Assembly (NCBI GenBank): GCA_000989195.1
Contig: LBOA01000001.1
Coordinates: 5,312 to 69,311, forward strand
Source of the DNA: a candidate division TM6 bacterium GW2011_GWF2_30_66
GTDB lineage: Bacteria > Babelota > Babeliae > Babelales > Vermiphilaceae
Length of the DNA stretch: 64,000 nt
Direction of reading: 5' to 3'
The position numbers and the translations under genes were made by a program. The notes beneath the pieces are model-generated. The model did no database searches. It was not told the DNA's origin and saw only the letters and a program-made list of their open reading frames with translations. Below are positions 28,184 through 39,406 of this stretch, piece by piece. Each line of letters opens with the position of its first letter. Position 1 is the stretch's first letter.

Positions 28184-28229
28184 TAAAAAACACTTTGGGA
28201 GCAAGCCCTTTTTTGAACTTGCTCCCAAA
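28184..28229 (-). terminator. Intrinsic terminator after pnp
   Basis: 12-bp perfect stem TTTGGGAGCAAG / CTTGCTCCCAAA followed on the minus strand by a T-run. Confidence 0.65.
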
Positions 28230-28291
28230 ATAAAATCTAATTACAGGAAAATAAATCTTTCCCTTCATAACCCCGTATGAGCGTATTAGAG

Positions 28292-30388
28292 TTACTTATT
28301 TTCTTCTATTAATTTCAATCTAATTCTTCCAGTATCAGCCTCATAGCTTATAACCTCTACAAGAACATTTTGATCTATCTTGTACTCATTCATAAATGCC
28401 CTTTGTTTTTCTCTAGGGATATTTGAAACGTGAACGAGACCGTCACAACCTGGAACTAACTCAACAAATAGTCCAAAGTCTGCAATCCTTCTTATAATTC
28501 CCATATAACGAGAACCACTTTCTATATTGCCACCTAGAACCTTTACCCAAGCAATTGCCCTATCAAGATCAGCTGAGGGTCCACCGTATATTCTTACTTT
28601 TCCATCGTTACCGTCTATGTCAATAGTTGTACCAGTTTTTTCTGTAATTTCACGAATAACTTTACCACCTGTTCCGATTATTGCACCAATTTTATCAGTT
28701 GGAACTGTAATCGTAACAACTTTAGGCACTAAAGGAGAAAGTTCAGTATTTGATTGACTCATAACCTTTTGCATTTCACCCAAGATATAAAGTCTACCTT
28801 TTTTTGCTTGATCTAAAGCTGATTCAAAAACTTCTTTTGAAAAACCAGCTTTACTCTTAATATCCATTTGAATTGCACAAATACCTTTATCGGTACCTGT
28901 AACTTTAAAATCCATTAATCCAAACGCATCTTCAAATCCAGAAATATCTGTTAAAACTGCCCATGCGCCGTCTGAATAACGTCTAAGCAGACCCATAGCA
29001 ACACCACCAACCATCTTTTTCAATGGAACGCCGGTATCCATAAGGGCCATTGTTGAACCACAAGTTGTAGCCATAGAAGTAGAACCGTCAGACTCAAGCA
29101 TATCTGCAACTATACGTATTGTATAAGGAAAATCTTCTTTGCTTGGTAAAACATAAGTAAAAGAAGATGCTGCAAGATGTCCGTGACCAACCTCTCTACG
29201 TCCAGGACCTCTCATAGGTCTGCATTCACCAACTGAGAACGGTGGAAAATTATAATTAAGCATAAAAGCTGAACCTTTAGGCTCATCCATTATACCTTCT
29301 ATTTTTTGTTCATCTTGTCCACCACCCAAAGTTACACTTACCAAGGCTTGGGTTTTTCCTCTATTAAATAGCGCAGAACCATGAGTAGTAGGAAGTAAAC
29401 CAACTTCTGTTGCGATTTTTCTAACTTCATCAAAAGCGCGACCATCAACACGAGATTTTTTATCTATAACACGATCTGTAAGTTTTTCTTTCAAGATCAT
29501 ATCTAAAACATAGTCTATAACTGAATCGTGCGTTTTTGATTCTTCTATTTCTTTAGAATATTGTTTGTTAAATTCTTCTTTTAAACTTTTTTGATTTTTA
29601 CCTCTAGCAATTTTATCAGAAATATACATAGAATCTACACGGTCTAAAGTCAAGAAAGAGTCTACTCTAGCCCTCCAAGAAACCCAATCGATTCCATCAT
29701 CGTATGATTCTTCTACAACTGCTAATTCTTTTTTAATCTGTTTTTGCCACTCAACTTGTTTTTTAATTCTATCATGTGATTGAAACATAATATCTAAAAA
29801 CTCAGATTCAGATATTTGATTTAAATGGCCTTCGACCATGCAAATACCTTCTTCTGTTCCAGCAAAAACAACACGAGCATCTGATCCAACAGTAGTTTGA
29901 TCATATGATGGATCAAATATCCATTTTCCATCTACTTTTGAAACCTCAACAGATCCGACAGGCCCTAAAAATGGAACCTTAGAAACTGTAAGCGCAATAG
30001 AAGATGCCAACAATGCCAATTTTCCAGGTGTAAAATTTTTATCTACTGAATAAACAGTTACAATAACTTGTAAATTATGAAAATATGTTTCTGGGAATAG
30101 TGGCCTAATAGCCCTATCAATCAAACGAGACGTCAATACTTCTTTATCTGTAGATTTACCTTCTCGCTTGTAATAACCACCAGGTATTTTACCCGCTGCA
30201 GAAAAAGGTTCCCTATAATCTATCATCAATGGTAAAAATCCTGGAAATTCCTTTGATGGATTAGAAACAACAGTTGCAAGCAACAATGTATCGCCTTGCC
30301 TAAACCAAGCGGCACCATCAGCTTGACCAGCTACTTTTCCTATCTCAACGGAATATCCAAACTCATCTAATTTAAAAATCTTCGACAT
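28292..30388 (-). CDS. pnp: Polyribonucleotide nucleotidyltransferase (PNPase)
   Basis: Two RNase PH-like domains, a KH domain (IGAIIGTGGKVIREI) and an S1 domain (GIIRRIADFGLFVEL); 698 aa. Confidence 0.97.
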   Translation of the reverse strand: MSKIFKLDEFGYSVEIGKVAGQADGAAWFRQGDTLLLATVVSNPSKEFPGFLPLMIDYREPFSAAGKIPGGYYKREGKSTDKEVLTSRLIDRAIRPLFPETYFHNLQVIVTVYSVDKNFTPGKLALLASSIALTVSKVPFLGPVGSVEVSKVDGKWIFDPSYDQTTVGSDARVVFAGTEEGICMVEGHLNQISESEFLDIMFQSHDRIKKQVEWQKQIKKELAVVEESYDDGIDWVSWRARVDSFLTLDRVDSMYISDKIARGKNQKSLKEEFNKQYSKEIEESKTHDSVIDYVLDMILKEKLTDRVIDKKSRVDGRAFDEVRKIATEVGLLPTTHGSALFNRGKTQALVSVTLGGGQDEQKIEGIMDEPKGSAFMLNYNFPPFSVGECRPMRGPGRREVGHGHLAASSFTYVLPSKEDFPYTIRIVADMLESDGSTSMATTCGSTMALMDTGVPLKKMVGGVAMGLLRRYSDGAWAVLTDISGFEDAFGLMDFKVTGTDKGICAIQMDIKSKAGFSKEVFESALDQAKKGRLYILGEMQKVMSQSNTELSPLVPKVVTITVPTDKIGAIIGTGGKVIREITEKTGTTIDIDGNDGKVRIYGGPSADLDRAIAWVKVLGGNIESGSRYMGIIRRIADFGLFVELVPGCDGLVHVSNIPREKQRAFMNEYKIDQNVLVEVISYEADTGRIRLKLIEENK

Positions 30389-30425
30389 AAGTAAAACCTA
30401 CGATAATTAAAATATCAACTAAAAA

Positions 30426-30695
30426 CTATTTTTTTAAACCCAAACTTTTTATGAGTTCTTTATATTGATCTTTTTTCTCGCTTTCCAAATATTTTAGAAA
30501 CTTTTTTCTGCGAGAGATCATTTTAAATAACCCACGCTTTGAAGAAAAATCTTTCTTATTAATCTTCAAATGCTCTGTTAAATTACTGATATTTTCTGTA
30601 AGCAAAGCCACTTGAACTTGCTCAGAACCTGTATCATTGCTATTTATCTTAAACTTAGAAATTATATTTTGCTTTTTTTCTTTTATTATTGCCAT
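30426..30695 (-). CDS. rpsO: 30S ribosomal protein S15
   Basis: NDTGSEQVQVALLTENISNLTEHLKINKKDFSSKRGLFKMISRRKKFLKYL; the ATG at 30695 fits the S15 N-terminus better than 30713. Confidence 0.93.
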   Translation of the reverse strand: MAIIKEKKQNIISKFKINSNDTGSEQVQVALLTENISNLTEHLKINKKDFSSKRGLFKMISRRKKFLKYLESEKKDQYKELIKSLGLKK

Positions 30696-30763
30696 AATAT
30701 AAAAAACCCGCATTTCCTATCAATGTTAAACATATACTATAAAACACACCTAATATTATTTAC

Positions 30764-30838
30764 TGGTAGGCGCGAGAGGGATCGAACCTCCGACCCTTGC
30801 TACGTCAAAGCAATGCTCTACCACTGAGCTACGCGCCT
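30764..30838 (-). tRNA. tRNA-Val (anticodon GAC), CCA encoded
   Basis: The reverse complement folds as a cloverleaf: acceptor AGGCGCG/CGCGCCT, anticodon loop TTGACGT, T-loop GGTTCGATCC. Confidence 0.9.
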
Positions 30839-30862
30839 AACCTAATAATATTTCAATTTTCT

Positions 30863-33800
30863 TTATTTGCCTAGCTGTCGAGCAATCTCTTTTTCTTCCT
30901 CTTGTCTTGCTCGCAATTCTAAACTAGATATATCATCTCCAAGATATTTATTTCTAAAAGATTCTATACCGGTACCCGCTGGTATTAATTTACCAACAAT
31001 TACGTTCTCTTTCAAGCCATTTAAACAATCAATTTGTCCAGAAATTGCTGCTTCAGATAAAATACGTGTAGTCTCCTGGAAAGATGCTGCCGAAATAAAG
31101 CTCTCTGTGTCGAGCGATGCAGTAGTTATACCCATCAAAATAGGTTTAGCTATTGCGGCTTTTTTACCTTCTGATTTTAATAACAAATTAACATTTTTAA
31201 AGTGAACCTTGTCAACTCTATCTCCAACTAAGAAATCAGAATCGCCACTGTCTACAACTCTTACTTTACGCATCATCTGTCTTACAATAACTTCTATATG
31301 TCTATCATTAATTTTAATACCCTGCAGCAAATAAATTTCTTGTATGTTATCAACTAGATATTTCTGAACTGTTTCAGGGCCTAAAATTCTTAACATATCA
31401 TGTAAAACAGGAACACCTGTTGTTATAAGATCACCAGCATTAACTCTTTCACCGTTTACAACGTTGAGCTGTTTTCCTCTAGGGACCAAATAATCAAAAG
31501 ATTCTGCTCCAGAGACAACTGAGATTTTTCTCATACCTCTATGCAAGCCCGCAAAAACAACCTCTCCGTCTATATCAGATATAATTGCAGGATCTTTTGA
31601 CATTCTAGCTTCAAATAATTCTGCAATACGTGGAAGACCGCCGGTAATATCTTTTGTTTTTGTTACTTCACGAGGCATTTTAACCAAAATGTCGCCAGGA
31701 ACAACCATCTGCCCATCTTTTACATCTAAAAATGATCCTGCAGGCAAGTAATATTGAGCAACTTCTTCATTATTTTCATTCAATACACTTACTGCTGGCT
31801 GGTATTTCTCACCTTTTCTATCTAAAACAACATAATTCGAAACACCAGTTGTTTCATCAAATCTCTCTTGAATTGTAATATTTTCAATTACATCTATAAA
31901 CTCAATCTTGCCGCCTTTTTCAGTCAAAAGAACCTTGTTATTAGCATCCCATTCTGCAAGTCTTGTGCCTTTTTTAACTTCTTGACCATCTTGAACAAGT
32001 AAAACTGAACCATATTCTAGAGAATTTTCTTGAAGCTCTCTACCATCTTTAGAAACTATTAAAATTTTAGTTTTTCTACTTACAATTACTTCTTTACCAT
32101 CTTGATTGGTTAAACAACGAACATTTCTAATCTGAACAATACCATCTTGTTTTGTTGCAAAATAAGGCAATTCAGCCATACCACTAGCAGTACCACCGAT
32201 ATGGAATGTTCTCATAGTCAACTGTGTACCAGGTTCACCAATAGACTGCGCCGCTATAACGCCAACAGTTACACCGATGTCAACTAGCCCACATTTTGAC
32301 AAGTCGTAACCATAACACATTGCACAAACACCGCGCTTTGCATTACATGTCAAAACTGAACGAACATAAAGTTTTGAAATAGCAGAATCAGCTATTCGTT
32401 TTACAGATTCTCTATCAACAATTTGTCCTTGTTTTAATATAACTTCACCAGTAACAGGATCTTTTGCATCAGCAGCTAAAACTCTACCAAAAACTCTGTC
32501 TGCCAAATCACAAATAACATCTCCAGACTCTTTCAAATCTTCTAGCTCTACATATCCCAAAGATTTACAATCTTTCATTGATATAATTGTATCTTGAGCA
32601 ACATCAACTAATCTTCTAGTCAAATAGCCAGAGTTTGCAGTTTTTAAAGCCGTATCAGCTTGACCTTTACGAGCACCGTGAGTAGAAATAAAGTATTCGA
32701 ATACCTCAAGTCCATCCTTAAAGTTACTCTTAACAGGATTTTCCATAATCTCGCCGTTTGGTTTAGCCATTATACCACGCATACCAACAAGCTGCTTAAT
32801 CTGATCTTTAGAGCCTCTTGCTCCAGAAACCAACATCATAAAAATAGGGTTAAATGGTTCAAATGTTTTATCTTTATTTAAAAATGCTACTTCATTTTGC
32901 TCTTCTAAATCATTTAACATTTGATTTGCAACGTCAGCTGTTGCGTGAGCCCATATTCCTATGACCTTATTATATCTCTCACCATTTGTTATAACACCAT
33001 CTCTGTATAATTCTTCAATTTTGGAAACTTTTTTCTCTGCTTCCCTAATTATAGAATCTTTTTTAGCTGGAATTAAAAGATCTTTTATGGAGAAAGAAAC
33101 ACCGCCCATTGTAGCATTATAAAAACCAAGTTTCTTTATTCTATCTAAACATTTAGCAGTAACTTCTGATCCAAAGCCATAATAAACATATTCTACTAAT
33201 TTTATTAAATCACTTCTTTTAACAACTTTATTTATCCAGCTAAAATCTGAACCTTCAGGCAAAGAATCATAAAGAATAACTCTTCCAACGGAAGTATCTA
33301 CTATAGTTTTATCATCTAATCTAACTTTAATTTTACTATGAAGATCTACTTCTTTATGGTTAAATGCTGCTATTACCTCTTTTAGGTCAGCAAATATCAT
33401 TCCCTCGCCTTTGCTATTATTACGAATCTTGGTTATATAATGAATACCAAGAACCATATCTTGAGATGGTACAGTAATAGGCTTACCACTAGCAGGAGAT
33501 AATATATTTTTCGTAGATAAAATTAAAGCTTTAGACTCATTTTGTGCTCTTTTACTTAATGGTAAATGTACAGCCATTTGGTCACCATCGAAGTCAGCAT
33601 TAAATGCTGAACAAACAAGTGGATGCAATGTTATAGCTTTTCCATTAACCAATATTGGATAAAACGCTTGAATACCAAGCCTATGAAGAGTTGGAGCACG
33701 ATTTAATAAAACCACTCTATCTTTTACGACATCTTCCAATACATCCCAGACTTCTTCATCTAAGTTTTCAACCATCTTTTTAGCTATACGCAAATTAGCA

Positions 33801-34987
33801 GCGATTTCACGCTCCAATAAACCTGCATAAACATAAGATTTAAACAACTCAAGAGCCATTATTTTTGGAAGCCCGCATTTATCCATATCCAGCTCAGGGT
33901 TAACAACAATAACTGAACGTCCAGAGTAATCAACACGACGACCAAGCAAATTTTGTCTAAAACGACCTTGCTTTCCTCGTAACATTTCACTCAAAGACTT
34001 TAATGTTCGTCTATTGGATCCCCTTACCGGTTGTCCGCGTCTACCATTATCAATTAATGCATCAACAGACTCTTGAAGCATTCTTTTTTCATTTTTTACG
34101 ATTACAGAAGGCGCTTCTATTTCAAACAATCTTTGCAATCTTATATTTCTATTTAAAACTCTTCTGTAAAGCTCATTTAAATCAGAACTTGCAAATCTAC
34201 CGCCTTCTAATGGAACCAATGGCCTTAAATCTGGCGGTAAAACTGGCAAAGCTGTCATAATAACCCACTCTGGCCTTATACCTGCCTGCTTTAATCCAAC
34301 AAAGACCTTTATTCTTCTCATCGTTTTATGACGAATAGCTACAGAAGCAGTGCCTTTATATTCTTTTTCTAATTCTGCTATTTCTAAATCTAAATTAATT
34401 AATTCTAAAAGAGATTTAACGGCCTCGGCACCAGATTCTGCCACAAAATCTAAATCATCTGAGTGCGATTCCATATAGGTTTCGTACTCTACACCTGTTA
34501 GCAATGTTTTTCTTGGATAAGGAGAATCTCCTTGTTCAACAACAACATAGCAATCAAAATATATGATTCTCTCAAGATCTTTAATAGGCATATCCAATAT
34601 TAAGCCCAAATAGCTAGGTATTCCTTTTAAAAACCAAATATGACACACAGGAGCCACAAGTTCAATGTGTCCCATACGCTCTCTTCTTACTCGAGCCTGA
34701 ATAACTTCGACACCACATTTTTCACATGTAATACCTCTGTGCTTCATTCTCTTGTATTTACCACAATTACAGACCCAATCTTTTACTGGACCAAAGATAC
34801 GGGCACAAAAAAGCCCGTCTCTCTCTGGTTTCAAAGTTCTATAATTTATGGTTTCTATTTTTTTTACTTCACCATAAGACAAAGATTTAATTTTTTCCGG
34901 AGAAGATATACCGAGTCTTATGCAATTGAACTTGCCAACGCTTATATACTCTCTAAATCTTTCTAATATATTATTCTTATTACTCAC
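30863..34987 (-). CDS. rpoC: DNA-directed RNA polymerase subunit beta'
   Basis: ETINYRTLKPERDGLFCARIFGP, Zn finger CNCGKYKRMKHRGITCEKCG, catalytic NADFDGDQM. GTG start preceded by AAGGAGGA; overlaps the rpoB stop by 8 nt. Confidence 0.98.
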   Translation of the reverse strand: MSNKNNILERFREYISVGKFNCIRLGISSPEKIKSLSYGEVKKIETINYRTLKPERDGLFCARIFGPVKDWVCNCGKYKRMKHRGITCEKCGVEVIQARVRRERMGHIELVAPVCHIWFLKGIPSYLGLILDMPIKDLERIIYFDCYVVVEQGDSPYPRKTLLTGVEYETYMESHSDDLDFVAESGAEAVKSLLELINLDLEIAELEKEYKGTASVAIRHKTMRRIKVFVGLKQAGIRPEWVIMTALPVLPPDLRPLVPLEGGRFASSDLNELYRRVLNRNIRLQRLFEIEAPSVIVKNEKRMLQESVDALIDNGRRGQPVRGSNRRTLKSLSEMLRGKQGRFRQNLLGRRVDYSGRSVIVVNPELDMDKCGLPKIMALELFKSYVYAGLLEREIAANLRIAKKMVENLDEEVWDVLEDVVKDRVVLLNRAPTLHRLGIQAFYPILVNGKAITLHPLVCSAFNADFDGDQMAVHLPLSKRAQNESKALILSTKNILSPASGKPITVPSQDMVLGIHYITKIRNNSKGEGMIFADLKEVIAAFNHKEVDLHSKIKVRLDDKTIVDTSVGRVILYDSLPEGSDFSWINKVVKRSDLIKLVEYVYYGFGSEVTAKCLDRIKKLGFYNATMGGVSFSIKDLLIPAKKDSIIREAEKKVSKIEELYRDGVITNGERYNKVIGIWAHATADVANQMLNDLEEQNEVAFLNKDKTFEPFNPIFMMLVSGARGSKDQIKQLVGMRGIMAKPNGEIMENPVKSNFKDGLEVFEYFISTHGARKGQADTALKTANSGYLTRRLVDVAQDTIISMKDCKSLGYVELEDLKESGDVICDLADRVFGRVLAADAKDPVTGEVILKQGQIVDRESVKRIADSAISKLYVRSVLTCNAKRGVCAMCYGYDLSKCGLVDIGVTVGVIAAQSIGEPGTQLTMRTFHIGGTASGMAELPYFATKQDGIVQIRNVRCLTNQDGKEVIVSRKTKILIVSKDGRELQENSLEYGSVLLVQDGQEVKKGTRLAEWDANNKVLLTEKGGKIEFIDVIENITIQERFDETTGVSNYVVLDRKGEKYQPAVSVLNENNEEVAQYYLPAGSFLDVKDGQMVVPGDILVKMPREVTKTKDITGGLPRIAELFEARMSKDPAIISDIDGEVVFAGLHRGMRKISVVSGAESFDYLVPRGKQLNVVNGERVNAGDLITTGVPVLHDMLRILGPETVQKYLVDNIQEIYLLQGIKINDRHIEVIVRQMMRKVRVVDSGDSDFLVGDRVDKVHFKNVNLLLKSEGKKAAIAKPILMGITTASLDTESFISAASFQETTRILSEAAISGQIDCLNGLKENVIVGKLIPAGTGIESFRNKYLGDDISSLELRARQEEEKEIARQLGK

Positions 34988-37900
34988 AGACTTCCTCCTT
35001 GCCCTTCTTGAACAAATCTACGCGCAAACCTAAACTTTGAAGTTCTTTAACTAACACATTGAAAGATTCTGGAAGTCCTGGATCTGGCACTTCTTCAGAC
35101 CTAACTATAGCCTCATAAACTTTATGTCTTCCCGTAATATCATCAGACTTATAGGTTAACATTTCTTGTAAAGTATATGCAGCTCCATATGCCTCAAGTG
35201 CCCACACTTCCATCTCTCCTAATCTTTGACCACCCTTTTGAGCTTTTCCACCCAAAGGCTGCTGAGTAACGAGAGAGTAAGGTCCAACAGATCTAGCATG
35301 CAACTTATCATCAACCATGTGATTAAGTTTCATGATATACATAATACCAACAGTTACTGGCTGATCAAAACATTCGCCAGTTATACCATCACGAAGAATA
35401 AATGATCCTTCTTTTGGCAAATCCAAGTCCTTTAATAAAGGCTCTATATCTTCACTGTATCTAGCACTATCAAATACTGGAGTTTTATAAAATAAACCGC
35501 TCTTTGCCGTTTTTCTTCCAAGCTCCATAACTTCTTCACGTCCATGCTCTTTTTCATAAGCTTCTATCAAATCTGAACCATAATACTTTTTGAGCATTTG
35601 ATTAACTTCTTTGTAGCCGCCATCATCAATCAACTTGCCAAAACGTTTTCCTACTTCATAAGAAGTTAGACCTAACAAAGTTTCTAATATCTGCCCAACG
35701 TTCATACGAGATGGCACACCAAGAGGGTTTAAAATTATATCTACAGCTGTTCCATCCTCTAAATATGGCATATCTTCTCTTGAAACAATATTAGATACAA
35801 CACCTTTATTACCATGTCGTCCTGCAACTTTATCACCAACTGACACAGTACGTTTCATTGCCACATAAACCTTTACCATCTTAATAACACCAGAAGGTAG
35901 AGGATCGCCCTTTTTGAGCTTATTAACTTTTTCTTCTTTCAAACTTGCAAGAACTCTTTCCTGAATCTCTATAGTCTCAGACAAGTGTTGAATTTTATCA
36001 TTTACACTTTTATCTTGAGCTCTTAACAATAAAATTTGACTTAAAGCTAGATTATCAAGCTTTTCTTTATCATATACTCCACCAGTTAACAGTGTAGTTG
36101 ATGTCTTAGCGGCAGGTTTTTTACCTACAAGCTCTTCTACTATTTTACTTGAAACCATTTGACTTAAAAATTTAAAATGTAGTGCGAAATCTTTTTCTAT
36201 TCTTTCGCCCTTTAACTCAACTTCTTGTTTATATCTTTTGTCTTTTCTTATGCCGCTTCTTGAAAATATTTTAACATCAACAACGGTACCTTCTACCCCA
36301 GGCGGCACTCTCAATGAAGTATCTCTCACTTCTCTTGATTTCTCTCCAAAAATAGCTCTTAAAAGTTTTTCTTCTGGAGAATATTGTATATCACCTTTTA
36401 ATGTAACTTTACCTACTAAAATATCTCCAGGTCTAACTCTAGTTCCAACCCTAACAATTCCATCGTCATCTAGGCCTTCAAGCTCTTTTTCGCCTATATT
36501 TGGAATATCTCTAGTGATTTCTTCAGGCCCAAGCTTCGTATCTCTAGAATCTACAACATACTCATCTATATGAACAGATGTTAAAATATCCTCAGAAACT
36601 AAACGCTTATTAAGAACTATAGCATCCTCAAAGTTATAACCATGCCACATCATAAACGCAACAATAAGGTTTGAACCAAGAGCCAATTCGCCATTAGAAA
36701 TAGCAGAGCCATCTGTAAGAATATCACCAGCCTCTAATATATCGCCAGGCTTTACAATTGGAGCATGATGAATCCATGTACAATAACTTGAACGCTCGAA
36801 CTTTCTTAAATAGAAAGTTTCAATTCCGTTTGCTACCCAATCTTCTGCATTATTAAATGCTTCTCTGTTATATCTTAATACAATTTTTTCTGAAGAAACA
36901 TATTCAACAACACCTGGTTTTTTTGAAATTAGAACCGCTCCAGAAGCTTTAACAATTTCTTTTTCCATTCCCGTACCAACAAGAGGAGCCTGCGTTCTTA
37001 TAACAGGAACAGCTTGACGTTGCATGTTAGAACCCATAAGGGCACGAGAAGCATCATCATGCTCTAAGAATGGTATCAGTGCCGTAGAAACAGAAACCAA
37101 CTGCTTAGGAGATAAATCTATATAATCAACTTGATCAATTCCAATATTTAAATAGTTACCATCGTGTCTTACAACCATTTCACCATTTTTTAACTTAGTA
37201 TTATCTTTTGAATCAGCCGATCTTGCTTGCGCAATATAATGTTTAGCTTCCTGAAATGCATCTAAAAAGACCACTTCATCTTGTATCTTACCATTCTTAA
37301 CGCCTCTATAAGCAGTTTCTATGAAACCAAGATCGTTAACCATAGCATATGTAGAAAGAGATGAAATAAGACCAACTGTTTGACCTTCAGGAGTTTCGAT
37401 TGGACAAATCCTACCATAGTGAGAAGTATGAACGTCTCGTATCTCGTAAGTTGCCCTATCTTTTAAAACACCACCGGGCCCAAGAGCAGAAAGTCTTCTT
37501 TTGTGAGCAATCTCAGAAAGAGGATTTGTTTGATCCATAAATTGCGATAATTGACCAAGACCGAAAAACTCACGCAAAACAGCGCTTAATGGCTTAACAT
37601 TAAGAAAATCTTGAGGCATTGTCGCACCATGAGCTTCTTGCATCCTAAAGCGTTCTCTAACGATTCGCTCTATTCTTAAGAAACCTTGATACATTTGGTT
37701 TGCAAGCAACTCGCCAACAAGTCTAACTCTTCTATTTCCCAAATGATCTATATCGTCAAGTTGACCCTCGCCTCTTTCTCTAAGATTTACTAGATATCTA
37801 ACTGAAGCAATAACATCTTCCTGAGTAAGCGCAACTTTATCTTCTGGAACATTAAGACCTAGCTTTCTGTTCATTCTTATACGACCAACTTTTGTCAGAT

Positions 37901-39311
37901 CATAAAAACGCTCATTATATATAGAGTTAAACAATCTCTCTTTAACCCCTTTTATTGATGAACTATCACCTGGCCAAACTTTAGCGTGAAGCTCTTTAAG
38001 AGCATCATTTTCAGAAAAGCATTTATCTGCAGTAAGAGTCATTGCGATAGTTGGTTGAAATACATAACCAGAAGAAGAAATTAAATCAAATTCTACTTCT
38101 TTTTTTATATTTCTAAACAACCCAAAATGTTCTTCTGTAAAAACTTTACCTTGTTCTAATAAAACTTCGCCTGTCTCTGGATCAATTAAATCTTTTCCGA
38201 AGACACGATTAACCAATGACGTAGATCTAACAGGAAGCTTATCTATTTTTTCTTTTTTAAGCTGACCAACAAGCTCTTTTGTAATTTTCTTACCTAAAAG
38301 CTTTTTTTCTAAATCTTCAGGCAAGACACCTTTTTCTATACGTTGCCCAATTAACGAGTCATCAACAATTCTGTAAAAATCACCGTTTTTAGCGTAAGTT
38401 TTATCAAAACTATAAAATGTAGAAATTATATCTTCCCTTGGAACACCCAAAGCTTGCAAGAAAGTTGTAACTAAAACTTTCTTTTTTTTATCAATACGAA
38501 CATAAATATAATCACTACTATCAAACTCGAAATCAAGCCATGAACCACGCATAGGAATTATACGTGCAACGTAATAAGGTCTTCCTCTTAAATCTTTTAT
38601 TTTTTTACTTTGCGAAAATATAACACCTGGAGATCTATGAAGTTGACTAACAACAACCCTATCGACGCCATTTATTAAAAACGTACCAAAACTTCCAAGT
38701 CTATATTTGCCATTTTCTTCAAATATATCGGCCATAACAGGAAGATCTGCAAAAAATATCTCTTGTTCTTTGATATCTCTTACTGACTTATTTCCAGCAT
38801 CATCAACATCCCAACTTACTAACTGAATCTTTATTCTAAGCGGCATCTGAAAAGACTGTCCACTTGATCTACATTCATCCAGCGTCATCGGCATATTTAT
38901 AGCAACTCTAGACAAGCAACTTGGGCAAGTCTTATATTTCGCAGTTTTTTCTTTACAAAATTTACAAGAAAGATCTTCTGGTAGCCTGGAACAATCGGAT
39001 TTATCACACGAGGAACATTTCCATCTATATCTATTTTCAATACCTTCCAATTTACCACATGTACACGTCCAGCTTCCCAAGGTATAACAGACATATTCTA
39101 GAGACATTTTGCCATTATAGTCTATAGGAAAAACATCTCTTAATACCTTCTCAAGACCAATATTTTTTCTCTCAGAAGGCAAGTAATCTAATTGTGCAAA
39201 GTCATTAAAGGAGTGAGATTGAATCTCAATCAAATTAGGAACTTCTACTATGTCCTTAACAACCCCAAACGCTTTACGTATATTACCCTTGCCAATACGC
39301 AAGTTTGACAT
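34980..39311 (-). CDS. rpoB: DNA-directed RNA polymerase subunit beta, with an N-terminal Cys-rich insertion
   Basis: VVSQLHRSPGV, GRICPIETPEG, NMQRQAVP, GRHGNKGVVS and GGQRLGEMEVWALEAYGA; 1443 aa. Confidence 0.98.
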   Translation of the reverse strand: MSNLRIGKGNIRKAFGVVKDIVEVPNLIEIQSHSFNDFAQLDYLPSERKNIGLEKVLRDVFPIDYNGKMSLEYVCYTLGSWTCTCGKLEGIENRYRWKCSSCDKSDCSRLPEDLSCKFCKEKTAKYKTCPSCLSRVAINMPMTLDECRSSGQSFQMPLRIKIQLVSWDVDDAGNKSVRDIKEQEIFFADLPVMADIFEENGKYRLGSFGTFLINGVDRVVVSQLHRSPGVIFSQSKKIKDLRGRPYYVARIIPMRGSWLDFEFDSSDYIYVRIDKKKKVLVTTFLQALGVPREDIISTFYSFDKTYAKNGDFYRIVDDSLIGQRIEKGVLPEDLEKKLLGKKITKELVGQLKKEKIDKLPVRSTSLVNRVFGKDLIDPETGEVLLEQGKVFTEEHFGLFRNIKKEVEFDLISSSGYVFQPTIAMTLTADKCFSENDALKELHAKVWPGDSSSIKGVKERLFNSIYNERFYDLTKVGRIRMNRKLGLNVPEDKVALTQEDVIASVRYLVNLRERGEGQLDDIDHLGNRRVRLVGELLANQMYQGFLRIERIVRERFRMQEAHGATMPQDFLNVKPLSAVLREFFGLGQLSQFMDQTNPLSEIAHKRRLSALGPGGVLKDRATYEIRDVHTSHYGRICPIETPEGQTVGLISSLSTYAMVNDLGFIETAYRGVKNGKIQDEVVFLDAFQEAKHYIAQARSADSKDNTKLKNGEMVVRHDGNYLNIGIDQVDYIDLSPKQLVSVSTALIPFLEHDDASRALMGSNMQRQAVPVIRTQAPLVGTGMEKEIVKASGAVLISKKPGVVEYVSSEKIVLRYNREAFNNAEDWVANGIETFYLRKFERSSYCTWIHHAPIVKPGDILEAGDILTDGSAISNGELALGSNLIVAFMMWHGYNFEDAIVLNKRLVSEDILTSVHIDEYVVDSRDTKLGPEEITRDIPNIGEKELEGLDDDGIVRVGTRVRPGDILVGKVTLKGDIQYSPEEKLLRAIFGEKSREVRDTSLRVPPGVEGTVVDVKIFSRSGIRKDKRYKQEVELKGERIEKDFALHFKFLSQMVSSKIVEELVGKKPAAKTSTTLLTGGVYDKEKLDNLALSQILLLRAQDKSVNDKIQHLSETIEIQERVLASLKEEKVNKLKKGDPLPSGVIKMVKVYVAMKRTVSVGDKVAGRHGNKGVVSNIVSREDMPYLEDGTAVDIILNPLGVPSRMNVGQILETLLGLTSYEVGKRFGKLIDDGGYKEVNQMLKKYYGSDLIEAYEKEHGREEVMELGRKTAKSGLFYKTPVFDSARYSEDIEPLLKDLDLPKEGSFILRDGITGECFDQPVTVGIMYIMKLNHMVDDKLHARSVGPYSLVTQQPLGGKAQKGGQRLGEMEVWALEAYGAAYTLQEMLTYKSDDITGRHKVYEAIVRSEEVPDPGLPESFNVLVKELQSLGLRVDLFKKGKEEVCE

Positions 39312-39406
39312 TAAGCGGCTCCTCGTATTTTAAATCCCCATATTTAAAACCAAACTATCAAAAAATAATCAAGCTATTTAATTTAAAACAATTAAATTAT
39401 TTTAAA

